Assembly (NCBI GenBank): GCA_964606385.1
Contig: CAZSFZ010000006.1
Span: 45,943 to 109,942 of the forward strand
Direction: 5' to 3'
Length of the DNA stretch: 64,000 nt
DNA from: an uncultured bacterium
Lineage (GTDB): Bacteria; Omnitrophota; Omnitrophia; Omnitrophales; Aquincolibacteriaceae
The position numbers and the translations under genes were made by a program. This document shows positions 35,723-46,603 of this stretch, in pieces (within the stretch, counting starts at the first letter, position 1; each line of letters opens with the position of its first letter). The notes beneath the pieces were generated by a model. That model had not been told where the DNA came from and did not search any database. It saw only the letters and a program-made list of their open reading frames with translations.

Positions 35723-36751
35723 ATGAAATTGAAAATGACATTGCTTGGAACTTTTCTTTTGCTTATGTGTCTTCCTCTGGCCAAAGCGGGTGCATTCGGA
35801 GAAAGGGCCAAGGAAAGGCGTCAGGAGCGGCAGGAGCAAAAAACCGGGGTGGTGACCTTGTCGCTGGAGCATCAAGGGCTGAGGAGGACTTACGACGTGC
35901 ATGTGCCGCCTTCTTATGACGGGAAAAAGCCGATGCCTCTTGTGATGGTTTTTCATGGAGGGGGTGGAAATGCGGAGAATACCCGGAAGCAAAGCGGGAT
36001 GAATGAAAAAGCCGATCAGGAAGGTTTTATCGTGGTCTATCCGCAAGGAACAGGTGAAAAGCATTTGGGAACCATGCGGGGGACATGGAACTCCGGGAAA
36101 ACGGGCGGCGGTAAAGCTTATGAAAAAAACATCGATGATGTCGGTTTTATCAACCGCATGCTTGATGATTTGGAAAAAAGATACGCGGTCGATCCCGAGC
36201 GTATTTATGCCACCGGCATTTCGATGGGGGGGATGATCTCTTATCGCCTTGCCTGTGAATCGGCAGACCGTATCGCGGCAGTGGCCCCGGTCTCGACAGC
36301 GCTTGTTACCGAGCCTTGTGCTCCCGCGAGGCCTGTGTCGGTGCTCCATTTTCAGGGGACCGAGGACCGCCTGATCCCTTATCAGGGAGGGCCCAGCGAT
36401 CCCACGCTGCCGAAAAACGTGGTCGTGGGAGGAGCGTATCCTTCCACACAGGAGGTCATCAGCTTTTGGGCTGCCCAGGACCGTTGTCCTGCCAAACCTG
36501 AGATCACCTACCAAAAGGGAGAGGTGACCTGCGAAACTTACAGCCCTTGCGCGGGAGACACCGAAGTAACTCTTTGCTCCGTTCAGGGGGGAGGCCATAC
36601 TTGGCCCGGGACAGGAATCAAGATCCGGAGGCCTTTGGTGGATAAGATCATGGGCAAGACGACCCAGGATATTGTCGCGACCGATACGATGTGGGAGTTC
36701 TTCAAACGCCATCCTAGAAGAGCCCCAACCGATAAAAACGCAGTCGCTTAA
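35723..36751 (+). CDS. secreted alpha/beta hydrolase, PHB-depolymerase/LpqC esterase family
   Basis: Signal peptide. VMVFHGGGGN...GFIVVYPQG...GISMGGM nucleophile elbow, typical of Esterase_phd. Confidence 0.7.
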   Translation: MKLKMTLLGTFLLLMCLPLAKAGAFGERAKERRQERQEQKTGVVTLSLEHQGLRRTYDVHVPPSYDGKKPMPLVMVFHGGGGNAENTRKQSGMNEKADQEGFIVVYPQGTGEKHLGTMRGTWNSGKTGGGKAYEKNIDDVGFINRMLDDLEKRYAVDPERIYATGISMGGMISYRLACESADRIAAVAPVSTALVTEPCAPARPVSVLHFQGTEDRLIPYQGGPSDPTLPKNVVVGGAYPSTQEVISFWAAQDRCPAKPEITYQKGEVTCETYSPCAGDTEVTLCSVQGGGHTWPGTGIKIRRPLVDKIMGKTTQDIVATDTMWEFFKRHPRRAPTDKNAVA

Positions 36752-36759
36752 GGAGCCCC

Positions 36760-37542
36760 ATGCTGGCGGATATGCATCTTCATTTACAGGATATCCCGGA
36801 CATCCACATGTGCAGGAGCGTTCTGTCTCTGGCGCAAGATCTTAGGACCGGAAGGTTTATTTGTAACGGCACCCGGCCGGAGGATTGGGATGCGGTAGAG
36901 AAATTTGCGGCCGAGGACCGGCGGGTCGTTCCATTTTTCGGGGTCCATCCCTGGTTTGCTGAAAAACTTCCGGAAAACTGGCATGCCATTCTGGAAGATC
37001 TTTTAAAGAGAAGGCCGAAGGCCGGCGTCGGCGAGATCGGCCTTGATAAAGCGCGGTCGATCAACCTGATGCATCAGACCGAGATCTTCCGTCGTCAGCT
37101 CGAGACCGCGGGCCGCCTGAAGCGGCCTATCGCGATCCATTGCGTCAGGGCCTGGAGCGACCTTCTGAACGCGTTGCGGAGAAGCCTGCCGCCCCAGACG
37201 CGTTTTATGATCCATTCTTATCAGGGGTCCCGGGAAATGTTGAGGGATTTCTTAAAACTCGGAGCTTATATCTCGTTCTCATGGAAGAGCCTCCAGAGGG
37301 ACACCGAGGAATCGATCGAGCTGATGCGGGACGTCCCGATGGACCGGCTGCTTCTTGAAACGGATTTTCCTTACACGGAACCGGGACGTATCGGCGCGGA
37401 CGTGCATGATGAAAAATATTATGAAACGCTCCAGGGGGTTTATGACCTCGCGGAGCGGGCCAAGGGGATCGATGTCGAAGCGTTAGAGAAAGCGGTGTGG
37501 GAGAATGGAACAGCTTTTTTGTCTGGAACTTCTGCTCGGTAA
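36760..37542 (+). CDS. TatD family metal-dependent hydrolase
   Basis: DMHLHLQ start and conserved TatD His/Asp/Glu positions (IGEIGLD, HCVRAW, ETDFPY). Confidence 0.8.
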   Translation: MLADMHLHLQDIPDIHMCRSVLSLAQDLRTGRFICNGTRPEDWDAVEKFAAEDRRVVPFFGVHPWFAEKLPENWHAILEDLLKRRPKAGVGEIGLDKARSINLMHQTEIFRRQLETAGRLKRPIAIHCVRAWSDLLNALRRSLPPQTRFMIHSYQGSREMLRDFLKLGAYISFSWKSLQRDTEESIELMRDVPMDRLLLETDFPYTEPGRIGADVHDEKYYETLQGVYDLAERAKGIDVEALEKAVWENGTAFLSGTSAR

Positions 37543-38254
37543 GGAGAAGGTCGAACGGCTCAAAAAATCATTTGTCGTCGTGCTCGGGATCGGCGCCGTG
37601 GGCGGTTACGCGGTTGAAGCCCTTGCGCGCATGGGCGTCCGCCATCTCCGGCTCGTGGATTTTGACGCGATCAAGCCGACCAACTTCAACCGGCATCTTC
37701 TCGCGATCACGCCGAATCTCGGAAAACTGAAGACTGAGGCCGCGAAAGAACGCATCGCCATGATCAACCCTCATTGCAAGGTTGAGGTGGTCAATGCGTT
37801 TGCCGCGGAAGACACGATGGACCGCATCGTTGAAGGCGACCCGGATCTTGTGATCGACGCCGTGGATTCCCTGAACCCCAAAGTGCAGATTCTTGCTTAT
37901 TGCCATGAAAAGAAAATACCCGTAATCTCCTCCATGGGCGCCGCGCTTCGCATGAATATCTTTTCTATCAAGGCCGGCGATCTTTTTAAAACGACCGGGT
38001 GTCCTTTGGCCCGTTACGTGCGTTCCCGATTGCGCCGGCGGGGGATCAAGAAAGGCATTTTCTGTATTTATTCTGACACGCCCGTCTCCGAAGAGCCGAT
38101 CGAAAGGACTCGCATTCTCAACGCGGAACAGGATAATGAACGCGGGCGCCAGCGCATGAAGCTCGGCAGTACGCCGACCGTCACGGGGGCTTTCGGCCTC
38201 GCCGTCGCCCATCACGCGCTTCTTTATTTGATCGAGGATCTCAAGTTGCCATGA
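37505..38254 (+). CDS. tcdA: tRNA threonylcarbamoyladenosine dehydratase (ThiF/MoeB-like E1 fold)
   Basis: VVVLGIGAVGGYAVEALARMGV...LVDFD nucleotide-binding motif of the TcdA/CsdL family. Confidence 0.7.
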   Translation: MEQLFCLELLLGKEKVERLKKSFVVVLGIGAVGGYAVEALARMGVRHLRLVDFDAIKPTNFNRHLLAITPNLGKLKTEAAKERIAMINPHCKVEVVNAFAAEDTMDRIVEGDPDLVIDAVDSLNPKVQILAYCHEKKIPVISSMGAALRMNIFSIKAGDLFKTTGCPLARYVRSRLRRRGIKKGIFCIYSDTPVSEEPIERTRILNAEQDNERGRQRMKLGSTPTVTGAFGLAVAHHALLYLIEDLKLP

Positions 38255-39588
38255 AAATAAAAGAGACGATGCTATCCAGGAAATTATTCATGATCGTGCT
38301 GGCGGGATTTCTCCTTGGCGGATGCCTCACGGTGCGGTTGCCGGAGGTTCAAATAAGGCATGCGGCTGAGCCTCAGACCCTGACTTGGGAGTCGCTTGTC
38401 CGGCAGACGCTGAGTCTCAATCCGGACCTTCAGGAAGCGCGTTATCTTGTGACTTCCAGCGCCCGGAGCCGCGATATCGCGTTCGGGGATTACCTGCCCT
38501 CAGTCGATGGAGGTCTGCAACGCGATATTTCCCGCGGTACCGGTACGGGTCCTTCCGAGGACGGGTTGGGGCTGGATCTTTTGGCGCAGCAGTCACTTTT
38601 TGACGGTTTCGGTACTACCGGCAAATGGCTCAAGGCCCGCAAAGACCTTGCGGCCGTGAAGCTGGCTTACGTGGAAACCAGCGCGGAAGTCCGGTTCCGT
38701 TTAAGGTCCGCTTATGTGGATATGATCCGGTTGGAAAGGCTTCTCGCGACGAACCGCTTGATCGAAGAAAGACGGAAACAAAACGCGGAGTTGGTGAGGC
38801 TTCGCTACGAAGCGGGGCGGGAAAATCTGGGCTCGGCCTTGCGGGCGGAGGCGATCTTCGGGCAAGCTGTTTTTGATGTCAAAAAGACCGAGCGAAGCCT
38901 GGAAAGCGAAGCTCTGAGACTCGCGCGCGAAAGCGGCGGTGAATTCGTATTTCCGGTCCGCATTGAAGATGACCTTGAAAAAATGCTCCAAAATGTTTCA
39001 GCCGCGGAAGAGGATTATGCTTCTTTGGCGGAAAATACGCCCAAAGTAATGCGGCTCATCAAGACCGCGGAGGCGGCCAAAGCCACGGTGGTTTCGGCCC
39101 AATCCGCCGTGTGGCCGCAGGTAAATGGCAACTATGATTACGGTTATTCCGGAGAGAAGGCATCCAATTTAAGGGATCAAAGTTTCCTGGGGATCAACGT
39201 AACAGTACCTTTCTTTAACGGCGGGAAAAATGTGAATGCCATCCGGAAAGCGAAAGCGGACTTTGAGGCCGCTGAAAGGGCCGCGCAGGCCGCGAGGGAT
39301 GAAACGATCGCTGAATTGGCGGCGGCATGGGTGCTCTACAAAGACGCGGTTGAGTCGGTGGAGGTCCGGAAGAAATTTTTGGAAGCCGCGAGAAAGCGCG
39401 CCGAGATCATCCGGTCGGAATACGCGACGGGTCTTGTGAATTTCACGGATTTTGACGCCGCGGAGCAGGAGAACGCGAATGCCGAGAAAGAGTACGTGGA
39501 AAGTCTGGCGAATGTCTTTATTCAGCAGGCTAACTGGGAAAAGATCCGGGGGGCCACTTTGGAGGATATATATCATGAAAATAAATAA
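38251..39588 (+). CDS. TolC-like outer membrane efflux protein
   Basis: Signal/lipoprotein-like N-terminus and two OEP repeats. Confidence 0.75.
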   Translation: MKIKETMLSRKLFMIVLAGFLLGGCLTVRLPEVQIRHAAEPQTLTWESLVRQTLSLNPDLQEARYLVTSSARSRDIAFGDYLPSVDGGLQRDISRGTGTGPSEDGLGLDLLAQQSLFDGFGTTGKWLKARKDLAAVKLAYVETSAEVRFRLRSAYVDMIRLERLLATNRLIEERRKQNAELVRLRYEAGRENLGSALRAEAIFGQAVFDVKKTERSLESEALRLARESGGEFVFPVRIEDDLEKMLQNVSAAEEDYASLAENTPKVMRLIKTAEAAKATVVSAQSAVWPQVNGNYDYGYSGEKASNLRDQSFLGINVTVPFFNGGKNVNAIRKAKADFEAAERAAQAARDETIAELAAAWVLYKDAVESVEVRKKFLEAARKRAEIIRSEYATGLVNFTDFDAAEQENANAEKEYVESLANVFIQQANWEKIRGATLEDIYHENK

Positions 39589-40576
39589 TTGGCCACGGCC
39601 GGTCAAATTCGGATTGATCCTTGCGGCGGTTTTTATTTTTGTCAAAATGTTCTCTTCCTGCGGGTCCTCAAAGGATGATTGGCAGGTCGTTCGTACCGTA
39701 AAGATTGAACGGGGGGATATTTTGGTCACGGTGACGGCGACGGGAATGGTCAAGCCCTACAATCGCGTGGAGATCAAGGCGCCGATCCCGGGCCGCATTG
39801 AGGAAGTGTTGGTGCGCGAGGGAGAAGAGGTGAAACAGGGACAGACGCTTGCCCGGATGAGCTCCGTCGAGAGGGCGGCGCTTCTGGACGCGGCGCGGGC
39901 CCAGGGCGACGCGGCGGTCAAGCGGTGGGAGGAAGCCTACAAGGTCGCGCCGCTTTTGGCGCCTTTGGACGGAACGATCATCGTGCGCTCCGTGGAACCA
40001 GGACAGACGGTGACCACCGCCGATCCCGTCGTGGTGCTGTCGGACCGTTTGATCGTCGAAGCCCTGGTGGACGAAACGGATCTTTCCATGATCAAGCTCG
40101 GACTGAACACGGAGATTCGGCTGGATGCTTACCCTAAAGAGGTGTTCGCGGGGAAGGTCGACCACATCACGTTCGAAAGCAAGCTCGAGAATAATGTGAA
40201 CGTCTACGCGATCGATATCCTTCCGGAGCAGATCCCCGAATCTTTCCGGAGCGGCATGACGGCGAATGTCGTTTTCATTTCAAAAGAAGAGAAAAATGTT
40301 CTCCGCGTTCCTTCGGAAGCCGTCGTAGCATGGCCGAAAGACCTGCCCCGGCCTGACGGCGTGGTCTTTGCGGTCTATAAAAAGACTTTCGGGGGAAAAT
40401 TACAGCCGGTTCCGGTCCAGGTCGGGGAATCTGACGGACAAATGACCGAGATCAAGGAGGGATTGAAAGAGGGGGAGCCGATCGTGATCGTCCGCAAGAA
40501 AGAGAAGTCGAAATCCTCCAATCCCTTCCGGCCCGGCGGGAGTTCTAAAAAAACTGAGGCCCCGCGGCGCCCATGA
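39572..40576 (+). CDS. macA: periplasmic efflux adaptor (HlyD/MFP, MacA-like)
   Basis: TM/signal anchor, biotinyl-lipoyl-like hairpin (VKPYNRVEIKAPIPGRIEEVLV...GQTLARM) and a beta-barrel C-terminus. The start was set at the internal Met overlapping the tolC-like stop. Confidence 0.75.
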   Translation: MMKINNWPRPVKFGLILAAVFIFVKMFSSCGSSKDDWQVVRTVKIERGDILVTVTATGMVKPYNRVEIKAPIPGRIEEVLVREGEEVKQGQTLARMSSVERAALLDAARAQGDAAVKRWEEAYKVAPLLAPLDGTIIVRSVEPGQTVTTADPVVVLSDRLIVEALVDETDLSMIKLGLNTEIRLDAYPKEVFAGKVDHITFESKLENNVNVYAIDILPEQIPESFRSGMTANVVFISKEEKNVLRVPSEAVVAWPKDLPRPDGVVFAVYKKTFGGKLQPVPVQVGESDGQMTEIKEGLKEGEPIVIVRKKEKSKSSNPFRPGGSSKKTEAPRRP

Positions 40577-42534
40577 AATTGCTGGAAGTCGAGCGCATCT
40601 CCAAGACCTACAAGATCGGTGAGGTCGAGGTCCGCGCGCTTCAAGATGTTTCACTTTCGATTGGTGCCGGCGAATTTGTCGCGATCATGGGACCTTCCGG
40701 CTCCGGCAAGTCGACGCTGATGCATCTTTTGGGATTCCTCGATACCCCCGACAGCGGCAGTTTCCGCCTCGCGGGGAAGGATACGGCCCATTTAAAAGAG
40801 GAAGAGTACGCTTTTCTTCGTAATCGCGTGATCGGATTTGTATTCCAGCAATTCAATCTCATGACGCGTTCCACGGCGCTGGAAAATGTTTGTCTCCCCT
40901 TACTTTATTCTGATGACCGCAAGGGGGATCTCGAGAAGTCGCGGGACATGCTCGGGAAAGTAGGGTTGGCCGATCGTGTGGGACACCGGCCTAATGAGCT
41001 TTCCGGAGGGCAGCAGCAACGCGTGGCGATCGCCCGGTCGCTGGTGAATAAACCTCTCATGATCCTGGCGGATGAACCCACGGGGAATCTTGATTCCAAA
41101 TCCGGAACGGAGATCCTCGAGATCTTCAAGGATCTTCACAGGCAAGGCTTAACCATTGTGCTTGTCACGCACTCCGAAGAGGTCGCGGGCGCGGCGGAGC
41201 GTGTCATTCACATGCATGACGGCAAGATCCTAAGCGATAAAAAGGTTACGGTGTCCGAAAAAAAGCCCGGCGCCGGGGTCCAGTTACCGGACCTTAGCGA
41301 ATTTTCAAAAAAGAAAAAATATAATTACGAGGAGTTTCTGGAACATTTCAGGCAGGCCAGCCGTGTGGTCCTGGGGAATAAACTTAGATCGTTTCTTTCC
41401 ATGCTGGGGGTCCTGATCGGGGTGGCTTGCGTGATCACGATGCTGGCTCTGGGCCGCGGTGCCGGAGAATCGATCAAGGAGGATCTTTCCCGCATGGGAT
41501 CCAACCTTCTTTCCATCCGACCGGGATCGGTGAAAGTTCATGGGGTCGAATCCCTGGCGCCGACGCGGCTGAATTTTGAAGATGTCAAAGCGATCAGGGA
41601 GGTCCCGGCGGTCAAGCAAGTGGGACCCCAGGTCACGGGGCAGGGACAACTTGTTTTTGGGAATAAGAACTGGAACACCCGGGTGAACGGTGTGACTCCC
41701 GAGTATGCCAGCATGCGGAACCAGGAGCCGGTGTCGGGGCGGTTTTTTACCGCGGAAGAGGATCAGGGGCGCGAACGTGTGGTCCTGCTCGGCAAAACGG
41801 TCCGGGACGCGCTTTTCGGGGATGAGGAACCTTTGGGACAAATGATCAAGATCAATCGTGTCAGCTTTCAGGTCCTGGGGATCCTGCCTTCCCTGGGGTC
41901 CAATGCTTTCTGGGATCAGGATGATGTGGTCGTGATCCCTCTCAGGACCGCGATGCGCCGTCTGATGGGGAAGGATTATCTCGATCAGATCGATGTCGAG
42001 ATCACGGATCTGAAAGAGATGAGCGACGCTCAGGAAGAGATCAACGATCTGATCATCCGCAGACACCGGTTGACACCGGAGCGGTATGACAGTTTTAATA
42101 TCTGTAATTACGCGGATATTCAGGCCGCGCTCCAGAACACGACCCGGGTTTTTTCAATTCTTCTCGGAAGCGTGGCGGCGATCTCGCTCGTGGTCGGAGG
42201 GATCGGGATCATGAATATCATGCTCGTTTCCGTAAAAGAAAGGACCCGTGAGATCGGATTGCGGAAGGCCTTGGGGGCGACGCCGCGGGATATCTTGATG
42301 CAATTCCTTGTTGAGGCGGTCATGATCACATTTCTGGGAGGATTGGCGGGGATCGTGCTTGCCGGAGCGGTCTCGTGGCTGATCGCGGCCCTGGCGCAAT
42401 GGAAGATGATCATCACCCTCGATTCACTGCTTCTGGCGTTCGTTTTTTCCGCGGGGGTCGGGATCGTCTTCGGCCTCTGGCCCGCCAAACAGGCCGCGGA
42501 ACTCGACCCGATCCGGGCGCTGCGTTATGAATAA
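40573..42534 (+). CDS. macB: MacB-type ABC transporter (fused ATPase + FtsX permease)
   Basis: N-terminal ABC domain ([24 protein letters not shown]), a large periplasmic domain and four C-terminal FtsX-like TM helices. Confidence 0.9.
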   Translation: MKLLEVERISKTYKIGEVEVRALQDVSLSIGAGEFVAIMGPSGSGKSTLMHLLGFLDTPDSGSFRLAGKDTAHLKEEEYAFLRNRVIGFVFQQFNLMTRSTALENVCLPLLYSDDRKGDLEKSRDMLGKVGLADRVGHRPNELSGGQQQRVAIARSLVNKPLMILADEPTGNLDSKSGTEILEIFKDLHRQGLTIVLVTHSEEVAGAAERVIHMHDGKILSDKKVTVSEKKPGAGVQLPDLSEFSKKKKYNYEEFLEHFRQASRVVLGNKLRSFLSMLGVLIGVACVITMLALGRGAGESIKEDLSRMGSNLLSIRPGSVKVHGVESLAPTRLNFEDVKAIREVPAVKQVGPQVTGQGQLVFGNKNWNTRVNGVTPEYASMRNQEPVSGRFFTAEEDQGRERVVLLGKTVRDALFGDEEPLGQMIKINRVSFQVLGILPSLGSNAFWDQDDVVVIPLRTAMRRLMGKDYLDQIDVEITDLKEMSDAQEEINDLIIRRHRLTPERYDSFNICNYADIQAALQNTTRVFSILLGSVAAISLVVGGIGIMNIMLVSVKERTREIGLRKALGATPRDILMQFLVEAVMITFLGGLAGIVLAGAVSWLIAALAQWKMIITLDSLLLAFVFSAGVGIVFGLWPAKQAAELDPIRALRYE

Positions 42535-43843
42535 AGCCAATATTTTTAGCGGTGTGTTCCGCGCCCTGCGGCACCGGAATTACCGGATGTTCTTTTGGGG
42601 GCATAGCACGTCGCTCATCGGAACCTGGATGCAGCAGGTGGCCCTGAGCTGGCTTGTCTATCGCATGACGAATTCGCCGTTCCTCCTGGGGATGGCCGGG
42701 TTCATGAGCCAGATCCCGACCTTTTTCTTTACGCCCTTCGCGGGTGTTTTCGCCGACCGCCACAGCCGCCGCAACATGCTTTTCCTGACGCAGGGGGCGT
42801 CGCTCGTGCAGGCCTCGATCCTCGCGTTCCTCGTGCTCACGGACCAGATCCAGGTCTGGCACATCATGGTGCTTTGTTTTTTTCTCGGCGTCATTTTCTC
42901 TTTTGATATCCCGATCCGTCAGGCTTTTACGATCGAAATGATCGAGGACCGGGAGGATCTCGGGAACGCGATCGCCCTGAATTCCACCATGCTTAACGCT
43001 GCCCGCCTCATCGGTCCCTCCATCGCAGGGATCCTGGTGGCGACGGTGGGGGAAGGTATTTGTTTTCTTTTGAACGCGGTCAGTTATATCCCGGTTCTTT
43101 TGTCGCTTGCCGCGCTGCGGGTGAAGCCGGCAGTTCTGGCGATCCGGCCGCGGCACATCCTGGCAGAACTCAAGGAAGGATTGGGCTACGCGTGTCGTTT
43201 TCTGCCGATTAAATGGATCCTGATCCTTCTTTCCATGATCAGTCTCATGGGAGTGCCTTACCAAGTACTCATGCCGGTTTTTGCCCGGGACATTTTCCAT
43301 GGCGGGGCGAACACGCTGGGTTTTCTGATGGGGATCTCCGGGTTGGGGGCGCTCATCGGAGCGATCTATCTGGCCGCGCGCAAGAGCGTGATCGGTCTTG
43401 TCGGGGTCATTACATGGACCGCGGCGCTTTTCGGGGTCGCGATCGTTCTTTTTTCTTTTTCGCACAACTTCTGGGTCGCAATGCCGATGATCCTTGCATC
43501 AGGGTTCGGGGTTATGGCCAACACCGCCGCGTGCAATATCGTTCTTCAAACAGTAGTGGATGAGGACAAACGCGGCCGCGTGATGGGCTTCTATACGATG
43601 GCTTTCATGGGAACGATGCCTTTCGGAAGTCTGTTCGCGGGTTTTCTGGCATCCAGGATCGGGGCGCCCTACACGGTCCTGATCGGAGGGATCTCATGCG
43701 TGCTTATCGCTTTTATTTTTATGAAAAAATTACCGCTTATCCGGAAAGAGATACGTCCGGTCTACGCGCAAAAAGGGATCATTCCCGAAGTGGCCCGCGG
43801 ACTTCAGGCCGCGGCGGGTATCGAAAGTCTCGGTCATGAATAA
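42527..43843 (+). CDS. MFS transporter
   Basis: 12 predicted TM helices with MFS-like loop motifs. 8-bp overlap with macB. Confidence 0.8.
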   Translation: MNKANIFSGVFRALRHRNYRMFFWGHSTSLIGTWMQQVALSWLVYRMTNSPFLLGMAGFMSQIPTFFFTPFAGVFADRHSRRNMLFLTQGASLVQASILAFLVLTDQIQVWHIMVLCFFLGVIFSFDIPIRQAFTIEMIEDREDLGNAIALNSTMLNAARLIGPSIAGILVATVGEGICFLLNAVSYIPVLLSLAALRVKPAVLAIRPRHILAELKEGLGYACRFLPIKWILILLSMISLMGVPYQVLMPVFARDIFHGGANTLGFLMGISGLGALIGAIYLAARKSVIGLVGVITWTAALFGVAIVLFSFSHNFWVAMPMILASGFGVMANTAACNIVLQTVVDEDKRGRVMGFYTMAFMGTMPFGSLFAGFLASRIGAPYTVLIGGISCVLIAFIFMKKLPLIRKEIRPVYAQKGIIPEVARGLQAAAGIESLGHE

Positions 43844-46109
43844 AAAAAAGAACTCCGAAAATGTTTCATCGCGGGGGAAGAAAAAAACGGTTTTCCGCAA
43901 GCTCTGGTCGCTTCTGCTGCCGGACGCGGTTGAGAAGATCGTCCGCTTTGAGGAAGGCGCTCCGTTCAGGACCTTGGGCGCCCATCCGGCCAAAAACGGT
44001 CCGGGCGTAACCGTTCGAGCGTTCCTGCCGCGGGCTGCCCAGGCCTGGGTCCTCAAAAGGAATGGGTCTCAGGAACGCAGGCCGATGGAAAAGATCCATC
44101 CCGCCGGTTTTTTTGAAGTTACATTCGAAAAATCCAAAACGCTCTTCCCTTATAAGATCGAGTCACGGGACGAATCGGGGTTTTCAAAAGAATTCGAGGA
44201 TCCTTACGCGTTCTTTCCCGACCGCTTGAGCGATTTTGATCTTCATCTGATCGGAGAGGGGACCCATCGCCGGAGCTACGAAAAATTCGGCAGTCATGTG
44301 GTCACGGTTAAGGGCGTCGAAGGGGTTTTCTTCACGGTTTGGGCCCCCAACGCGAAGAGCATCAGCGTGGTCGGGAATTTCAATCACTGGATTCCCGGCG
44401 CGCATCCCATGACGCGTCTTCCCACCTCGAATGTCTGGACGCTTTTTATTCCGGGACTGAAGGACGGGGAGGTCTACAAATACGCGATCCGTTCTTCCGT
44501 GGACGGGCATGTGCGTCTTAAAACCGATCCTTACGCCTTTGGGACGGAATTACGTCCCGGAAGCGCCGCCGTCGTGACGCGTCTGGACACATTCACTTGG
44601 TCAGACGACGCGTGGTTGAATAAACGGAAACAAAAGGATCTTTTCCGTTCGCCGGTCTCGATCTATGAGGTCCATCTCGGTTCCTGGAAGAGGGAACAAT
44701 CGAACGGCTGGGGGTTCCTTAATTATCGCGATCTCGCGCACCAACTGGTGGAATACGTCAAGTTCATGGGGTACACCCATATCGAGCTGATGCCTGTCAT
44801 GGAACACCCCCTGGATGAATCGTGGGGGTATCAGGTCATTAATTACTACGCTCCAACGCGCCGGTTCGGATCTCCCGAGGATTTCATGTATTTCGTGGAT
44901 TATTGCCACCGTTACGATATCGGCGTGATCCTGGACTGGGTGCCGGCCCATTTCCCGCGCGACGGACACGGCCTTTTCGATTTTGACGGCCGGCAGATCT
45001 ACGCCTCCGAAAGCTGGCGGCGGGCTGAGCAGAAAGAATGGGGGACCATGATCTTTGATTACGGGAAAAAGGAGGTCGATAATTTCCTGCTTTCGAACGC
45101 CCTTTTCTGGCTCGATAAATATCACGTGGACGGGCTTCGGGCGGATGCCGTCGCTTGCATGCTTTACCTGGACTACGCGCGGAAGCCGGGGGAATGGGAA
45201 CCTAACAAATACGGCGGGAATGCAAACCTTGAAGCGATCGAATTCCTCAAAGAGTTCAACAAAGTGGTTCACGCTTCTTTCCCCGGCGTCTTGACCATTG
45301 CTGAAGAATCCACGGCGTGGGGGGGCGTCTCAAAGCCCGTGCATCTGGGAGGTCTTGGCTTCAGCATGAAGTGGAATATGGGCTGGATGCATGACACGCT
45401 TGAATACTTTTCCAAGGACCCCGTTTTCCGCAAATTCCATCAGGGCGTGTTCCCGTTCTCAAGCCACTACGCTTTTTCGGAGAATTTCATCCTTCCGATC
45501 TCGCATGATGAGACCGTTTACGGCAAGCGGTCGCTGCTTGAGAAAATGGCAGGGGACGACTGGCAGAAGTTCGCGAACCTCCGGCTGTTCCTGACCTACC
45601 TCTTCGCGTTCCCGGGCAAGAAGCTTCTTTTTATGGGGAACGATTTCGCGCAGCGCAATGAATGGGACTTCAACCGTTCGATCGATTGGCATCTGATGCA
45701 GGCGCCCCGGCACCGGCGGGTAAATCTTTTGATTCGGGACCTTCACCGTCTTTACCGGGAGAATCCGGCCTTTCATGAAGGGGACTGCTCGGGCGGGACT
45801 TTTGAATGGATCGACTGCTCGGACGCGGACCATTCCGTCGTGAGTTTTCTGCGCTGGTCCAGGGATTACCAGCAGGTCTTGATCTTTGTGTTCAACATGA
45901 CGCCCCTGATCCTCGAACGCTACCGCATCGGGGTTCCGCGGCCGGGTTATTATCAGGAGGTCCTGAACAGCCAGGCGTTTGACTACAGCGGTTGCGGTCT
46001 CGGGAACCTCGGCGGCATTCATGCCGAGAACGTTCCGTGGCAGAGCCGCCCTTTCTCCATCAATATCCAGATCCCGCCGCTCGGGGCATTGATCTTCCGC
46101 CCCTGTTAA
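43836..46109 (+). CDS. glgB: 1,4-alpha-glucan branching enzyme
   Basis: 757 aa with a CBM48 N-terminal region and a GH13 core (GYTHIELMPVMEHP, GVILDWVPAHF, GLRADAV). Confidence 0.9.
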   Translation: MNKKKNSENVSSRGKKKTVFRKLWSLLLPDAVEKIVRFEEGAPFRTLGAHPAKNGPGVTVRAFLPRAAQAWVLKRNGSQERRPMEKIHPAGFFEVTFEKSKTLFPYKIESRDESGFSKEFEDPYAFFPDRLSDFDLHLIGEGTHRRSYEKFGSHVVTVKGVEGVFFTVWAPNAKSISVVGNFNHWIPGAHPMTRLPTSNVWTLFIPGLKDGEVYKYAIRSSVDGHVRLKTDPYAFGTELRPGSAAVVTRLDTFTWSDDAWLNKRKQKDLFRSPVSIYEVHLGSWKREQSNGWGFLNYRDLAHQLVEYVKFMGYTHIELMPVMEHPLDESWGYQVINYYAPTRRFGSPEDFMYFVDYCHRYDIGVILDWVPAHFPRDGHGLFDFDGRQIYASESWRRAEQKEWGTMIFDYGKKEVDNFLLSNALFWLDKYHVDGLRADAVACMLYLDYARKPGEWEPNKYGGNANLEAIEFLKEFNKVVHASFPGVLTIAEESTAWGGVSKPVHLGGLGFSMKWNMGWMHDTLEYFSKDPVFRKFHQGVFPFSSHYAFSENFILPISHDETVYGKRSLLEKMAGDDWQKFANLRLFLTYLFAFPGKKLLFMGNDFAQRNEWDFNRSIDWHLMQAPRHRRVNLLIRDLHRLYRENPAFHEGDCSGGTFEWIDCSDADHSVVSFLRWSRDYQQVLIFVFNMTPLILERYRIGVPRPGYYQEVLNSQAFDYSGCGLGNLGGIHAENVPWQSRPFSINIQIPPLGALIFRPC

Positions 46110-46299
46110 GTTTGTTCGGGAAAATCGGATTGATTTTTCGGGATATCCCGCTATACTTCGTTCGTTGTTCTCGTGTGGATGGTTTTTGTCCACTCGCCCT
46201 GTCCAGACTTGCTTTTGAAATTTAAGGATTGTCTGGACGGCACTAGCTACCCGTTGTATTGATTGAACGAGAGCCAGTGCTGAGCGTATGCGAAGGGTT

Positions 46300-46425
46300 T
46301 CATTGAAAATATAGAGTGACAGGTGCTGGGAAGAGAGATCTGAGAGAATGCTCTCAGGGACTCCACGGTGCCGCCGCTGTCGGTAAGGACGAAAGCGAAT
46401 CAGCCACTGCTTCGATGTAAGAGGC
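46300..46425 (+). ncRNA. cobalamin (AdoCbl) riboswitch aptamer
   Basis: GGTGCTGGGAAG...GGTGCCGCCGCTGTCGGTAAGG...AATCAGCCACTGC contains the GGGAA, GCGGTAAGG-like and GCCACTG B12-box elements. Located upstream of a TonB-dependent receptor/btu operon. Confidence 0.6.
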
Positions 46426-46565
46426 GGGAAGGCTCGCGAGTAGGCTTGCCCCGTTGAATACGGGGTAAACACTTACCTAGTCAGAATATCAGCCTGTCGC
46501 TTTTGAAATTTGAGATCGTTCGTTTGAGATCTCGTAACGCCTCCGAGCAGAGGTCAAGACAGGTC

Positions 46566-46603
46566 ACCCTTTCTTGCCCCATCGAGGCAGAAAGGGTTTT
46601 TTT
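46566..46603 (+). promoter_or_regulatory. riboswitch expression platform: hairpin sequestering the RBS of the receptor gene
   Basis: CCCTTTCTTGCC-CCATCGA-GGCAGAAAGGG. The 3' arm contains the GAAAGGG Shine-Dalgarno, followed by T7 and a GTG start at 46604. Confidence 0.5.

Noticed and set aside
46185-46250. GTCCAGAC...GTCTGGAC 8-bp inverted repeat with 22-nt loop downstream of glgB
   Set aside because: It could be a weak glgB terminator or part of the riboswitch leader. No U-tract follows, so its function is uncertain and it was not called as a terminator.
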